From positions 1 through 64,000 of the forward strand of contig NIVC01002145.1 in NCBI GenBank assembly GCA_002269645.1: a stretch of 64,000 nt of DNA, given 5' to 3'. Under the pieces are notes generated by a model that saw only the letters and a program-made list of their open reading frames with translations, ran no database searches and had not been told where the DNA came from. The DNA comes from Macrostomum lignano. Taxonomy: Eukaryota. Below are positions 23,961 to 52,397 of this stretch, piece by piece. Position numbers and translations under genes: made by a program. The stretch's first letter is position 1. Each line of letters opens with the position of its first letter.

Positions 23961-24851
23961 ATGTAGGATTACATTTAGTCAAAATGATGTATTCACTTAA
24001 TATTTTATCTGATCCCATTGCCGCGACAAATCAGCCTAATGCCTTGTATTCTCTTTAATCCCCTTGCCAAAGCCCGCGCCAGCCGCGTCTCCCCAGTGGG
24101 AGAGTTGAGAAATCCGATAGCGAGCTTGGATTGGCCGCTGCCCCACGGGGAGGAGGGTATCAAGCCGGCCGGTCTACGATAGGGTCCGCAGTCTCCACCC
24201 TTCTGGGGATGCTGGGGAGAGGGAGAGATGAGGGGCTGAAAGACTCCAAAGCCGCTTGGTCACTCTGGGGGCTTCAGCCGCTGGGGAGATGTGGCAAAGG
24301 GGAGGATGGGACGAAAGAGAAATGGAAAGCCGTGGGAAGAGAGAGACCTCTCTCAGGGGTGCCCCGCGTATCAGGCGGCGCTGGGCCCCAGCCTCCCCCC
24401 CCCCATGGTCTCCATCTGATGCCCCTCGCCACCTATACAAGGCTGCGACTCCCACGAGAAATTCAATCAAATCCCGCTGCCCAGATATCCCCTCTCATCC
24501 TCTCTCTCCAACTGCTCTTTTTGCCTCTTTGCCGCCACCCACCGGTGGAGTCTCGGGGTCTCAAATCCGCGTCTGCTCGGCCAGGCCGAATTCCCAGCAT
24601 CCCAAAGCTCCAGAAAGCCCCCCGCACCTGGAGCTCGCGGGCCGGCAGCCCGGGCACTACAGACCCTTAACCCCCTAGAGGAATTGATTTCCATAGCGAC
24701 TCGGCCTGAGCTGCTCTGCTGGTTCCTGCAGCCACAGCCATCTGCGCCCCCCCCCCCCCACCTCACAGCCATCAAAAAGCCATAGGCCTGCGTTATTATT
24801 AGGCCTACAACTTACTCTGTGAGCGTTAATATATAAACAGAGAGATCTCAT

Positions 24852-39914
<15,063 letters not shown>

Positions 39915-41669
39915 AGCTGAGACTCCTGCCTAGCAACTAAATCAGCTGCATCAGAGCTCAGACAATTTTGATCGCATCATCCACCTTATTTACAAGAATT
40001 TGGGCATCAATCCCTTGATCTGCTACTGTCTGAACAGTGCGTTTTCTGTGACCAGTTTTCATGCCTCGAACATGCGCTCTATGCATTACTGACAATTTAT
40101 TGTACAAACAGTAGGCGAGTATGCTAATTGCCAGAATAATTTAGTTTGTAGTGTCTTGAATTTTTTCAAACTAATCAGCTGATTCAAAACTGTGCACCAA
40201 TGACTGACAAGATAAATTTTAAGCATGCGCGACATTAAAAAAAGCAGTAAAACAAAACGAAACATTTTTTAAACTCAAGAATTTAAAATGAACTCTGCTG
40301 GGAGCTGTTTCTTAGTTTATAATTTAGTTAAATAGAGATTTATTAATAATTTGTTTGTTTAATGTGATTCGCATCAACACAAGTATAGCAGTGTACAGGT
40401 AAATTGATGATTAACTATAGGGGGGCATCAGCGCTAGAAAGAACACACTGTTTGCACTCTGTGCCTGGGTTAATTGACAAGCTGTTGACGGCTAAGGCGA
40501 ACTTGATGATTTTTGAACGAACGGAGCGAGCAAAGAGTTTTCCAAAAATATTATCTGAGTACTGAATGATGCAGACAGAAGAGATTTATTACGCATGGAA
40601 ATGCTTTGACAGCACCGCCAATGCTAGTTGAACAGGTATTGGTTCATTGGGGGGACAAACAAGCAGTTATGAGCAAAGAGGCAATCAAGAAAGTTCAACT
40701 AGCAGGGGCGGTCACTAAATTTCCACTATCTCTCTGTCTTGTTTGACTGCGCGAGTTGACAAAATGAAAGTTATCTAACAGCGATATTTAACAATGAGTT
40801 GCTAATGACAATGAAGGCCCTATAGGAATTACAATTTTCGATGCTCGAAGACATGTTAATCTGTGGATTGCAACGAAAAGTACGCTGGAAGGTTAATAAG
40901 CTAGAAATTCTATCAAATATCAAATATACATTCTAAACAGTTTCGAAAGCTACGCGTGAAGCAGAACTAGCTAAAATTGTAAAAGCGATAAACAGCAGCA
41001 TATGTACAATAGTGGCCGGCACCACCAGCCGAGTCTGTCAGCGCCATGGCTTGGTGCCTGCAGATAAACAAGGAAGGAACGGTGTTTTTTCTGTCAAATA
41101 TTTAATAAAAATTGCAATACTATTTACCAGCGGAGAGTGTAAACTCACCTCAGCTCCTCCACCTTCCCGAATGGCGGAGGGGACCCTCCAGCTCTCGGGC
41201 GGCTCCCGACTGCTCAAAAGCGCTGCTCACCCGGCCTAGCATTTTATAGCCTCTCGGAGCGCAGACTGCATTCCAGGTGGTTGGGGAGTGGGGACCCACC
41301 CCCGCTGTCCTCAGTCCCTTAGACCCCTGTAGCCAGTGGCAACGATGACCCCCCCCCCCCCTGGGTGCCTTCGAACCCCTCTTGGCAGATAAAAGAGAGA
41401 CAAAATAGAAATTCGACACAATAGAAGGCAGAGGCTGAAATTTAGTTAGAGAACAGAAGAAACAATCCGACAAAAGAAATGAGCAACAATTTCAATGCCG
41501 AGCTGCTGCACCCTCCCACTCAGGCTGACAGGAGGGGGCCTGCAGAGGCTGCCAGCTCAAGTTATGAGCCGCGGCAACAGTAAGGGCTGGACAGTACCTT
41601 GTTAACAAGGCGCCTGGTTTACCTGAGCTTCTGCTTGCGGTTGCTTTGGGCTGCTGTGGTTGCTTTGCA

Positions 41670-42277
<608 letters not shown>

Positions 42278-43204
42278 AGCTGTTTAGCCTTGCTTTGAGT
42301 TTCTCAACCCCAGCCCCCCCCCCACCCAAATACTAGAGTTGGCAGCGGACAGAAGCACCGCTAAAAGCAGGTGAAACGCTGCGGCCCAACTTTGTTGCGA
42401 ATAACAATGGGCTTGTGGATGCAGTTGGTATGAACTGGGGAGGGGGGCAGGTGCCCAGCCCACTTTGGCTACTCCAGCAGGGCTTCCATTGTGCCGCCAC
42501 CGCAGCGCGAGACTTTGAGTTCGGGCAGTGCAGCACTATTTGAGCGTAAAATATTATTATACTTAAATCTTCACCCTATATGCTGCTACTCAAGTGAGCA
42601 ACTCAGACTGCAGGTTTGAGCAAAGGGTGGGTGGGGGTCGCACCTGAGGCAATCTACCCAGAGCCATCGAAGCTTGTCTGTCCCTCCGCTTTGAGTCGCA
42701 ATAGTTGGTTAAGTGAGAGACTGAGATGAAGCTTTGGATGCAGAATGACTGTCAAAACAATATGCGGAGCAAGTTCTGCATAGCCAAACGAGCTACCTAC
42801 TTATTTCAATGTACTTATTTAGCGCGGTCAAAGCAATTTTCAGTGGATGGAAAGAAATTTACATTACCCAACAATGTTACACATATGGACAGCAACAAAA
42901 ACAATGTACAATATCAAGTTTTTCTGTCAAAGACACGAATATTTTTGACATGGCGAACATGGTTAACTTGCTTACATTTTACATAGAGAAATATCGAAAT
43001 TTTTAATCTCGAGCTCTGGACTTTGATATACGATACCACTGTTGCCTTCAGTTAGATAAAGCTGAAAGTAAAGTTGTTTCTTGTCCATATGTGCGAAATT
43101 GTTGGGTTAAAATTTCAGGTTTGGCAAGTTCATTCCATCAAAAAGTTCGAAGAAAATTATCGTTACGTTTGGGACATCTACGGATTACAATTACTAGGCA
43201 CTTC

Positions 43205-44200
43205 AGTGCATCTACTGGCACCTCAATGCATCTACTGGCACCTCAATGCATCTACTGGCACCTCAATGCATCTACTGGCACCTCAATGCATCTACTGGCA
43301 CCTCAATGCATCTACTGGCACCTCAATGCATCTACTGGCACCTCAATGCATCTACTGGCACCTCAATGCATCTACTGGCACCTCAATGCATCTACTGGCA
43401 CCTCAATGCATCTACTGGCACCTCAATGCATCTACTGGCACCTCAATGCATCTACTGGCACCTCAATGCATCTAATGGCACCTCAATGCATCTACTGACA
43501 CCTCAATGCATCTACTGACACCTCAATCCATCTAATGGCACCTCAATGCATCTACTGACACCTCAATCCATCTAATGGCACCTCAATGCATCTACTGGCA
43601 CCTCAATGCATCTACTGGCACCTCAATGCATCTACTGGCACCTCAATGCATCTACTGGCACCTCAATGCATCTACTGGCACCTCAATGCATCTAATGGCA
43701 CCTCAATGCATCTACTGACACCTCAATGCATCTACTGACACCTCAATCCATCTAATGGCACCTCAATGCATCTACTGACACCTCAATCCATCTAATGGCA
43801 CCTCAATGCATCTACTGGCACCTCAATGCATCTACTGGCACCTCAATGCATCTACTGGCACCTCAATGCATCTACTGGCACCTCAATGCATCTACTGGCA
43901 CCTCAATACATCTACTGACACTTCAATACATCTACTGACACTTCAATACATCTACTGACACTTCAATACATCTACTGACACTTCAATACATCTACTGGCA
44001 CCTCAATGCATCTACTGGCACCTCAATGCATCTGACTGGCTCTTCAGTGCATCTACTGACACTTCAATGCCTCTACTGACACTTCAATGCATCTACTGAC
44101 ACCTCAATGCATCTACTGACACCTCAATCCATCTAATGGCACCTCAATGCATCTACTGGCAACTCAATACATCTACTGACACTTCAATACATCTACTGGC
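43205..44200. repeat. 20-bp minisatellite
   Basis: CATCTACTGGCACCTCAATG. Confidence 0.97.
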
Positions 44201-45179
44201 AGCTCAATTTATAAATCTACTGATGCTTTTATTTCAATTCTGTTAGACTACATACTACTTGGTTAAGTAGTGACACAATATTCTAATACCGGAAAGAGTG
44301 AATGCAATTTGTCAGGCATTTTCAGTATCTCCGATGCAGCTGAGGGCCGAAATCTCAGGTAACTATATATAAGCTTATCCCCAATATGCAGCGCAGATCG
44401 CACCTATATGGAAACGAGCTCCCAAACCTCTCAATGCTTCCCAGGAAGTTGAATTATTCACACCTGACTAATTGCTGACTATATAGTCATATCAGTGCAT
44501 ATAGTTTATAGTTGTACAATATTTATTAATCGGACAGTATTAGGTTTCTGTATACAGTATATTATATATACTACTATTCTAAGCTGCAGTTTGTTAAATA
44601 AACAAGTAGTATGTGTGTGTAGAGGAGGGCAAGGGTGTTAGGCTGGGAAGGTCAAGATTTTCTGCTTTCCTTGCATTCTTTGCACTGGCATTGCAAGTGT
44701 GTGTACACAGCAGTTACTAGAATAGACTTGGCTACTTACTGGCTGGAGGAGGGAGCCCTGGCCCGGATTTGGAAATTCTTACGATAATACGGCAGTCATC
44801 CCCTCCCCTGTGCTAACTGCTAGTTAGTCCCTAGCTACTCGAATCGGCTGCTTTGGAACTTCCTTTGCGTCTGGTTCAGATCGACTGAGGGGGGGGGGGT
44901 AGTGCGAGATATTCTGACCAAAGTTGGCGAACATTGGAGCAGAAAGATGCACAGAGCCAGTCTGCAAAGTCCAACTACTACTGTGTGGTGCGAAGTGTGC
45001 GCTCAATAAAAAGAAGCGGGTATAGCGGGATGCCCGGATGCGAGATAAGAAGGAAGTGAGAATAAGGTGCGATAGTCCTTATGAGTCCTGATAGAGTCCT
45101 TTAGGAGTCCATTGAGAGTCCCGAGAGAGCTCCAGGTGTCACATGAGTGCCAAGGCGCGATTCTGGAACTTCTGCTGTA

Positions 45180-45345
45180 GAGTCGGGCTGTAGTAGGGTC
45201 GGGCTGTAGTAGGGTCGGGCTGTAGTAGGGTCGGGCTGTAGTAGGGTCGGGCTGTAGTAGGGTCGGGCTGTAGTAGGGTCGGGCTGTAGTAGGTTCGGGC
45301 TGTAGTAGGGTCGGGCTGTAGTAGGGTCGGGCTGAAGTAGGTCGG
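45180..45345. repeat. 16-bp minisatellite
   Basis: AGGGTCGGGCTGTAGT. Confidence 0.9.
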
Positions 45346-45774
45346 GCTGCAGTTGGAAGGCCTGTGGCTATAATCGCACTATTTCATATATCATGTCCCC
45401 TTCATCCTGTCCCCCAAGACAGCCCGTTGCAAGCTACAACGGAAGTCAATTTTGCTTAACAAGCAAAGAAGAAGCAAGCGTCTTCTTTCATCTGCTACTG
45501 AAGTAGATGGATATCAGACTGTTGTTTGTGATTACTTTTCCGACAATAGAAAAGTTCGAACCAAAATTCATGCATGTAGTGTAATTGCCGAAACTTTTTG
45601 TCCTGGAGAGGACGTCGTCAATGTTTAGTTTAAATTTAAACGAAAGAGTGAACGGACAACATATTTATACATGTATTGTACACTTGGTTTGAAAAGATAA
45701 GAAACAATTAGTGAAATTATCCATGCTAATTGTAGTTTTTGGTCAGTTTTTGGCAATCAAGGTAGGAGTTCCAA

Positions 45775-46195
45775 AATCTCAGAATCTCCCCCATCTCAGA
45801 ATCTCCCCCATCTCAGAATCTCCCCTATCTCAGAATCTCCCCCATCTCAGAATCTCCCCCATCTCAGACTCTCCCCCATTTCAGAATCTCCCCCATCTCA
45901 GAATCTCCCCAATCTCATAATCTCCCCCATCTCATAATCTCCCCCATCTCAGAATCTCCCTATCTCAGACTCTCCCCCATTTCAGAATCTCCCCCATCTC
46001 AGAATCTCCCCAATCTCATAATCTCCCCCATCTCATAATCTCCCCCATCTCAGAATCTCCCCCATCTCATAATCTCCCCCATCTCAGAATCTCCCCCATC
46101 TCAGAATCTCCCCCATCTCGGAGTCTCCCCCCATCTCAGAATCTCCCCAATCTCAGAATCTCCACAATCTCAGAATCTCACCCCATCTCATAATG
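45775..46195. repeat. 17-18-bp minisatellite
   Basis: CTCAGAATCTCCCCCAT. Confidence 0.9.
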
Positions 46196-46904
46196 TCCCC
46201 TTTCCGTGCCTCGCCAGCAGTGCACAGACATGGAGCCCAGTGCTTGCCCGACGCCAGCGCTCCTTGACTGCGAGCACTGTCCACTCGGCCACCGCGCCAG
46301 CCCACCAAGGGTGATTAGATTCCTTTCCTCATCCATCCTTCTTCCTCAACAGCGCACCCTAAACTGTTCCACTCCCCGGCAGCAAAGTGGCGGCAAACAC
46401 AATTACTTCGCATCAGCCCCACCTCCCAAAACTCGCCCTGAGCAGCGAGAAGTTCTCCGTCAGTCTCCCTGCTGCCTCCGTTTGTCTTTTTCTGTACAAC
46501 CAATTTATTCTGCCAGTGCAGCCGCTGCTCACAAGGGCTGCTCTAGAAAAAAAACCGACTGGAGTGAGCAAGGTAATCAATAAGGGAACTCTGTCTCGTC
46601 CTTCTAAACCGCTGGATCGGCCTTGGATCCACTTGATCAGCCATTTTGGTGGTCTACGATTATTCTGTTCCTGACAGGCGGCAGGCTGATGCGTGAGATA
46701 GACATGGTGCGAGGCTGAGGATGGAGGCGGGGTAGGAGACCAAGATCTCTGAGTCTGATTTCGGAACCTCAACCCAAATTATGAGCTTATCGAACTAATG
46801 AGACTTAAAAACCTCATTACTTAACTTAAAATGAGACTTAATGAGACTTTAATTGCCTTAATCATAATTAATATTTTGGAATCTCAATCGTGAGACTTCG
46901 CAAC

Positions 46905-47130
46905 CTCAACTATGCGACTTCGGAACCTCAACTATAAGACTTCGCAACCTCAACTATAAGACTTCGCAACCTCAACTATAAGACTTCGCAACCTCAACTA
47001 TAAGACTTCGCAACCTCAACTATAAGACTTCGCAACCTCAACTATGAGACATCGCAACCTCAACTATGAGACTTCGCAACCTCAACTATGAGACTTCGCA
47101 ACCTCAACTATGAGACTTCGCAACCTCAAT
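46905..47130. repeat. 22-bp minisatellite
   Basis: AACCTCAACTATAAGACTTCGC. Confidence 0.9.
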
Positions 47131-47749
47131 ATATGCACGGCCATCAAGTTTCAACAGTAAAAATTCTGGCATCAGACTTTTATGCTTGAATTCCTATTTT
47201 GATCACTGCGGCGTTGCGGCGTTTCATTAGCGCTGAGAAACAGTTTGCCAAATCTCGTATGTTCCGCTTCAAGCGGGGCCTCAGGGAAGAAGCAGACGGC
47301 TGCCCCACCCACTCCAACAGCCACCCCATCGTAACGTGGAACCGCATTCTAAGAAAATCCCGCTAAATACCGCTGCAAACGCAGAAAGGAAAAGAAAAAG
47401 AAAGAAACGAAAGAATTGGCAACATGAGAGAGAAAAAGATAACCGTCAAGCTTTGGCCGTCAAAATGCTTTCAACTGCAGCTTCCCTCATCAACCGCCCC
47501 CGGAGGTGCGCCGAAGGCGTGCGTTGAGTTTCGCTTGGTGATTCTAATTACGGATTAATGCACAATATTCATGCAATAAAAATGTGGAAATTCTTTTTCT
47601 TAGCTTCAAACCCCCAGGCGAAGCAGTACCGGCGATTTTCCACCTGGGGCCCGCAAATTGAGGCGATTTTAAGAGAGAAATTATACTTCTACGTACTAAC
47701 AGGGACCACTGTTGGTCACCTGGACTGGAAGCCAGAAGAGCGAAGTGGT

Positions 47750-48785
47750 CCTAACCCTAAACCTAACCCTAAACCTAACGCTAAACCTAAACCTAAATCT
47801 TAACCTTAACCTAAACCTAACCCTAACCCAACCCTAACCCTAACCCAACCCTAACCCTAACCCTAACCCTAAACCTAAACTAAACCTAAAACTAAACCTA
47901 GCCCTAAACCTAACCCTAAACCTAAACCAAAATCTAAACTAAACCTAAAACTAAACCTAACCCTAAACTAAACCTAAACTAAACCTAAACCTAACCCTAA
48001 CCCTAAACCTAAACCTAAACCTAACTCTAAACATAACCCTAAACATAACAATAAACCTAAACCAAAACTTCACCCTAAACCAAAACCTAACCCTAAACCT
48101 AAACCAAAATCTAAACTAAACCTAAAACTGAACCTAACCCTAACCTAAACCTAAACTAAACCTAAACCTAACCCTAACCCTAACCCTAAACCTAACCCTA
48201 ACCCAAAGCCTAAACCAAAACCTAAACCTAAACCTTACCCTAAACCTAACCCTAAACCTAACCCTAAACCTAACCCTAAACCTAAACCTAAATCTAAACT
48301 AAACCTAAAACTGAACCTAACCCTAACCTAAACCTAACCCTAACCCAACCCTAACCCTAATCCTAACCCTAAATCTAAACTAAACCTAAAACTAAACCTA
48401 ACCCTAACCTAAACCTAAACTAAACCTAACCCTAACCCTAACCCTAAATCTAAACTAAACCTAAAACTAAACCTAACCCTAACCTAAACCTAAACTAAAC
48501 CTAAACCTAACCCTAACCCTAAACCTAAATCTAAACCTAACTCTAAACATAACAATAAACCTAAACCAAAACTTCACCCTAAACCAAAACCTAACCCTAA
48601 ACCTAAACCTAAATCTAAACTAAACCTAAAACTAAACCTAACCCTAACCTAAACCTAAACTAAACCTAAACCTAACCCTAACCCTAACCCTAAACCTAAC
48701 CCTAACCCAAAGCCTAAACCAAAACCTAAACCTAAACCTTACCCTAAACCTAACCCTAAACATAAACCGAAAACTAAATCTAACT
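47750..48785. repeat. Degenerate telomere-like array (CCCTAA/CCTAAA)n
   Basis: Mixed CCTAAC, CCCTAA and CCTAAA hexamers. Confidence 0.9.
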
Positions 48786-49324
48786 CAAATCACGCGCAAT
48801 TCAGTTTCTATAATCAGTTCCCGACTTGATTCCATTTTGTGTCATTTGGCATCTTAAAAAGTTTGATCTCCAGTCCAAGTGGTTGTCAGGGGGATCCCTG
48901 ATCTCTAAGCTAGCGCACACCCTAACACACCAACTGTCTGACACCGAAGGCTGCCGTTCATCATCCGGTCCCAGACTCCCGTCCAGCCTCCACCTTTCCC
49001 ACCCCATCCCTGTTCCCTACTGGCCTGCCCGCAGGGGGCCTCATTAAAGTAGAGATGGAAAAAATGGCGCGGACGAGACTGGAAGAAATTAATTTATTCT
49101 GCATGCCATTTTTCATACTTTTATCCTCTATATCCTGGTCTATCTTAGTCTCGTCTATTGAATAACCTGTTTCTGGTTGTTGTCTCTCGCGCAATAAAAT
49201 TCATACAGATTGTCTTTGACTGTGCATGTGACTCGGCTGTGCGCTGCAACACTCCCAAGAGGTCATCCCGCAGCTCCTGGTCTGATTGGCTGTCAGAAAG
49301 ACAGAAAGACACCCTTGTCAAAGA

Positions 49325-49870
49325 AACAGAAACATGATACAGAAACAGGATACAGAACCAGAACCAGAAACAGTATGCAAAAACAGAAACAGAAACAGAA
49401 ACAGTATGCAAAAACAGAAACAGAAACAGAAACAGTATGCCAAAACAGAAACAGAAACAGAAACAGGATGCAGAAACCGGATGATACAGAAACAGGATGA
49501 TACAGGATGATACAGGATGAAACAGGATGATACAGAAACAGGATGATACAGAAACAGGATGATGCAGAAACAGGATGATACAGAAACAGGATGATACAGA
49601 AACAGGATGATACAGAAACAGGATGATACAGAAACAGGATGATACAGAAACAGGATGATACAGAAACAGGATGATACAGAAACAGGATGATGCAGAAACA
49701 GGATGATACAGAAACAGGATGATACAGAAACAGGATGATACAGAAACAGGATGATGCAGAAACAGGATGATACAGAAACAGGATGATACAGAAACAGGAT
49801 GATACAGAAACAGGATGATACAGAAACAATATGATACAGAAACAGGATGATGCAGAAACAGGATGATACA
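49325..49870. repeat. (CAGAAA)n plus 16-bp GATACAGAAACAGGAT minisatellite
   Basis: Seen directly. Confidence 0.9.
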
Positions 49871-50324
49871 GAGTTTCTACAAGACCGGAATGAACAGCAC
49901 AGCAGTCATCAAGTGGAAAGCAGATGATATTCATTTTAGCCAAGGGCTGACGAGAGCAACATCCCAGATGATAAGCCACTCGGATAGGCTTTTATTCTCT
50001 TGGAACGAATTGCACGGGGCGAATGGGGCAAATTTGGCGAGCCGGCGAGGATCGGGGGGCTGATGGGGGGGGGGGTAGAAAAATCCCCATCAAGGAGGCA
50101 GTGTATATAAGGCATTATTCCCGCTGAAAGCCGGCTATTTGTCAGGCTTGCCCAGAGATTTCCTGGATCGATTTTTGGGAAAACACGCGCATTCTGACAG
50201 GCCCTACGCCTTCCATTGTAACTGGGGGTAAGCGGCCGCTGATTTTGATCGAGTCTGACTGCCGACTTGCACCGGCTGTTTGTTGCACTGACTCGGGCAT
50301 TGAAACTTTGCCCGTCTTCTTTAG

Positions 50325-51915
50325 AATCCCGAGCTTAGATCCCGATCTTGAATCCCGAGCTTAGATCCCGATCTTGAATTCCAAGCCTAGATCCCGATCT
50401 GGAACCCCGAGCTTAGATCCCGATCTTGAACCCCGAGCTTAGATCCCGATCTTGAACCCCGAGCTTAGATCCCGATCTTGAATCCCGAGCTTAGATCCCG
50501 ATCTTGAATCCCGAGCTTAGATCCCGATCTTGAATTCCGAGCTTAGATCCCGATCTTGACCCCGAGTTTAGATCCCGATCTTGAATCATGAGCTTAGATC
50601 CCGATCTTGAATCCCGAGCTTAGATCCCGATCTTGAATCCCGAGCTTAGATCCCGATCTTGAATACTTAGCTTAGATCCCGATCTTGAATACTTAGCTTA
50701 GATCCCGATCTTGAATACTTAGCTTAGATCCCGATCTTGAATCCCGAGCTTAGATCCCGATCTTGAATCCCGAGCTTAGATCCCGATCTTGAATACTTAG
50801 CTTAGATCCCGATCTTGTATACTTAGCTTAGATCCCGATCTTGAATTCCTAGCTTAGATCCCGATCTTGAATTCCTAGCTTAGATCCCGATTTTGAATAC
50901 TTAGCTTAGATCCCGATCTTGAATCCCGAGCTTAGATCCCGATCTTGAGCCCCGAGCTTAGATCCCGATCTTGAGCCCCGAGCTTAGATCCCGATCTTGA
51001 ATCCCGAGCTTAGATCCCGATCTTGAATCCCAAGCTTAGATCCCGATCTTGAATCCCGAGCTCAGATCCCGATCTTGAATCCCGAGCTTAGATCCCGATC
51101 TTGAATCCCGAGCTTAGATCCCGATCTTGAGCCCCGAGCTTAGATCCCGATCTTGAATCCCGAGCTCAGATCCCGATCTTGAATCCCGAGCTTAGATCCC
51201 GATCTTGAGCCCCGAGCTTAGATCCCGATCTTGAATCCCGAGCTTAGATCCCGATCTTGAATTCCGAGCTTAGATCCCGATCTTGACCCCGAGTTTAGAT
51301 CCCGATCTTGAATCATGAGCTTAGATCCCGATCTTGAATCCCGAGCTTAGATCCCGATCTTGAATCCCGAGCTTAGATCCCGATCTTGAATACTTAGCTT
51401 AGATCCCGATCTTGAATACTTAGCTTAGATCCCGATCTTGAATACTTAGCTTAGATCCCGATCTTGAATCCCGAGCTTAGATCCCGATCTTGAATCCCGA
51501 GCTTAGATCCCGATCTTGAATACTTAGCTTAGATCCCGATCTTGAATACTTAGCTTAGATCCCGATCTTGAATTCCTAGCTTAGATCCCGATCTTGAATC
51601 CCGAGCTCAGATCCCGATCTTGAATCCCGAGCTTAGATCCCGATCTTGAATACTTAGCTTAGATCCCGATCTTGAATACTTAGCTTAGATCCCGATCTTG
51701 AATACTTAGCTTAGATCCCGATCTTGAATTCCTAGCTTAGATCCCGATCTTGAATCCCGAGCTTAGATCCCGATATTGAACCCCCAGCTTAGATCCCGAT
51801 CTTGAATACTTAGCTTAGATCCCGATCTTGAATCCCGAGCTTAGATCCCGATCTTGAATCCCGAGCTTAGATCCCGATCTTGAATCCCGAGCTTAGATCC
51901 CGATCTTGAATCCCT
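50325..51915. repeat. 26-bp minisatellite (about 61 copies)
   Basis: CTTAGATCCCGATCTTGAATCCCGAG with TACTTAG variants. Confidence 0.97.
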
Positions 51916-52397
51916 AGTTCAGGTCCTGGTCCTGATCCCAATTTCGAACCCAACCCCTGTTCTTGATCCTGATCCCAACCCTATGGAGAATTAATTCTTT
52001 TGCAAGAATGCGACAGTGAAGAACTGCAAAGGCTGAAAGGCAGTCTTCGCGACAATATAAAGTGCCTTCTGTGTTAACTGGGGTAGGACTAAGAACACTG
52101 TTTCCATCGGACTTGGATATTCATGTTCGATAGAAAATGAAAGTGCATGGAATTTACAAGTTAACGAGATTACCAATTATTCATAGCTGGGACCAAATCT
52201 GCAATGTGCGATAATGAATTTTCTTAAGTAAACAGGACTTCTTCATCAGCTGCTCGCTCACCTCGATGCCTTCTCTTCTAGATTATTAATTCTCCGCGCT
52301 TTCATTTTCTTCAACCTTTACTGAAAGTAGTGTGTTTGTAATGATAGTTTCCTCCACCGACTTACATCCTTACCCTGCGCGCAGCCTGCCAGTTACC

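Noticed and set aside
46200-46772. Possible LINE RT remnant (PKWLIKWI) and tRNA A-box (TGGCCGAGTGG) on the minus strand
   Set aside because: Resemblance too short; no YADD or QG motifs and no B box found.
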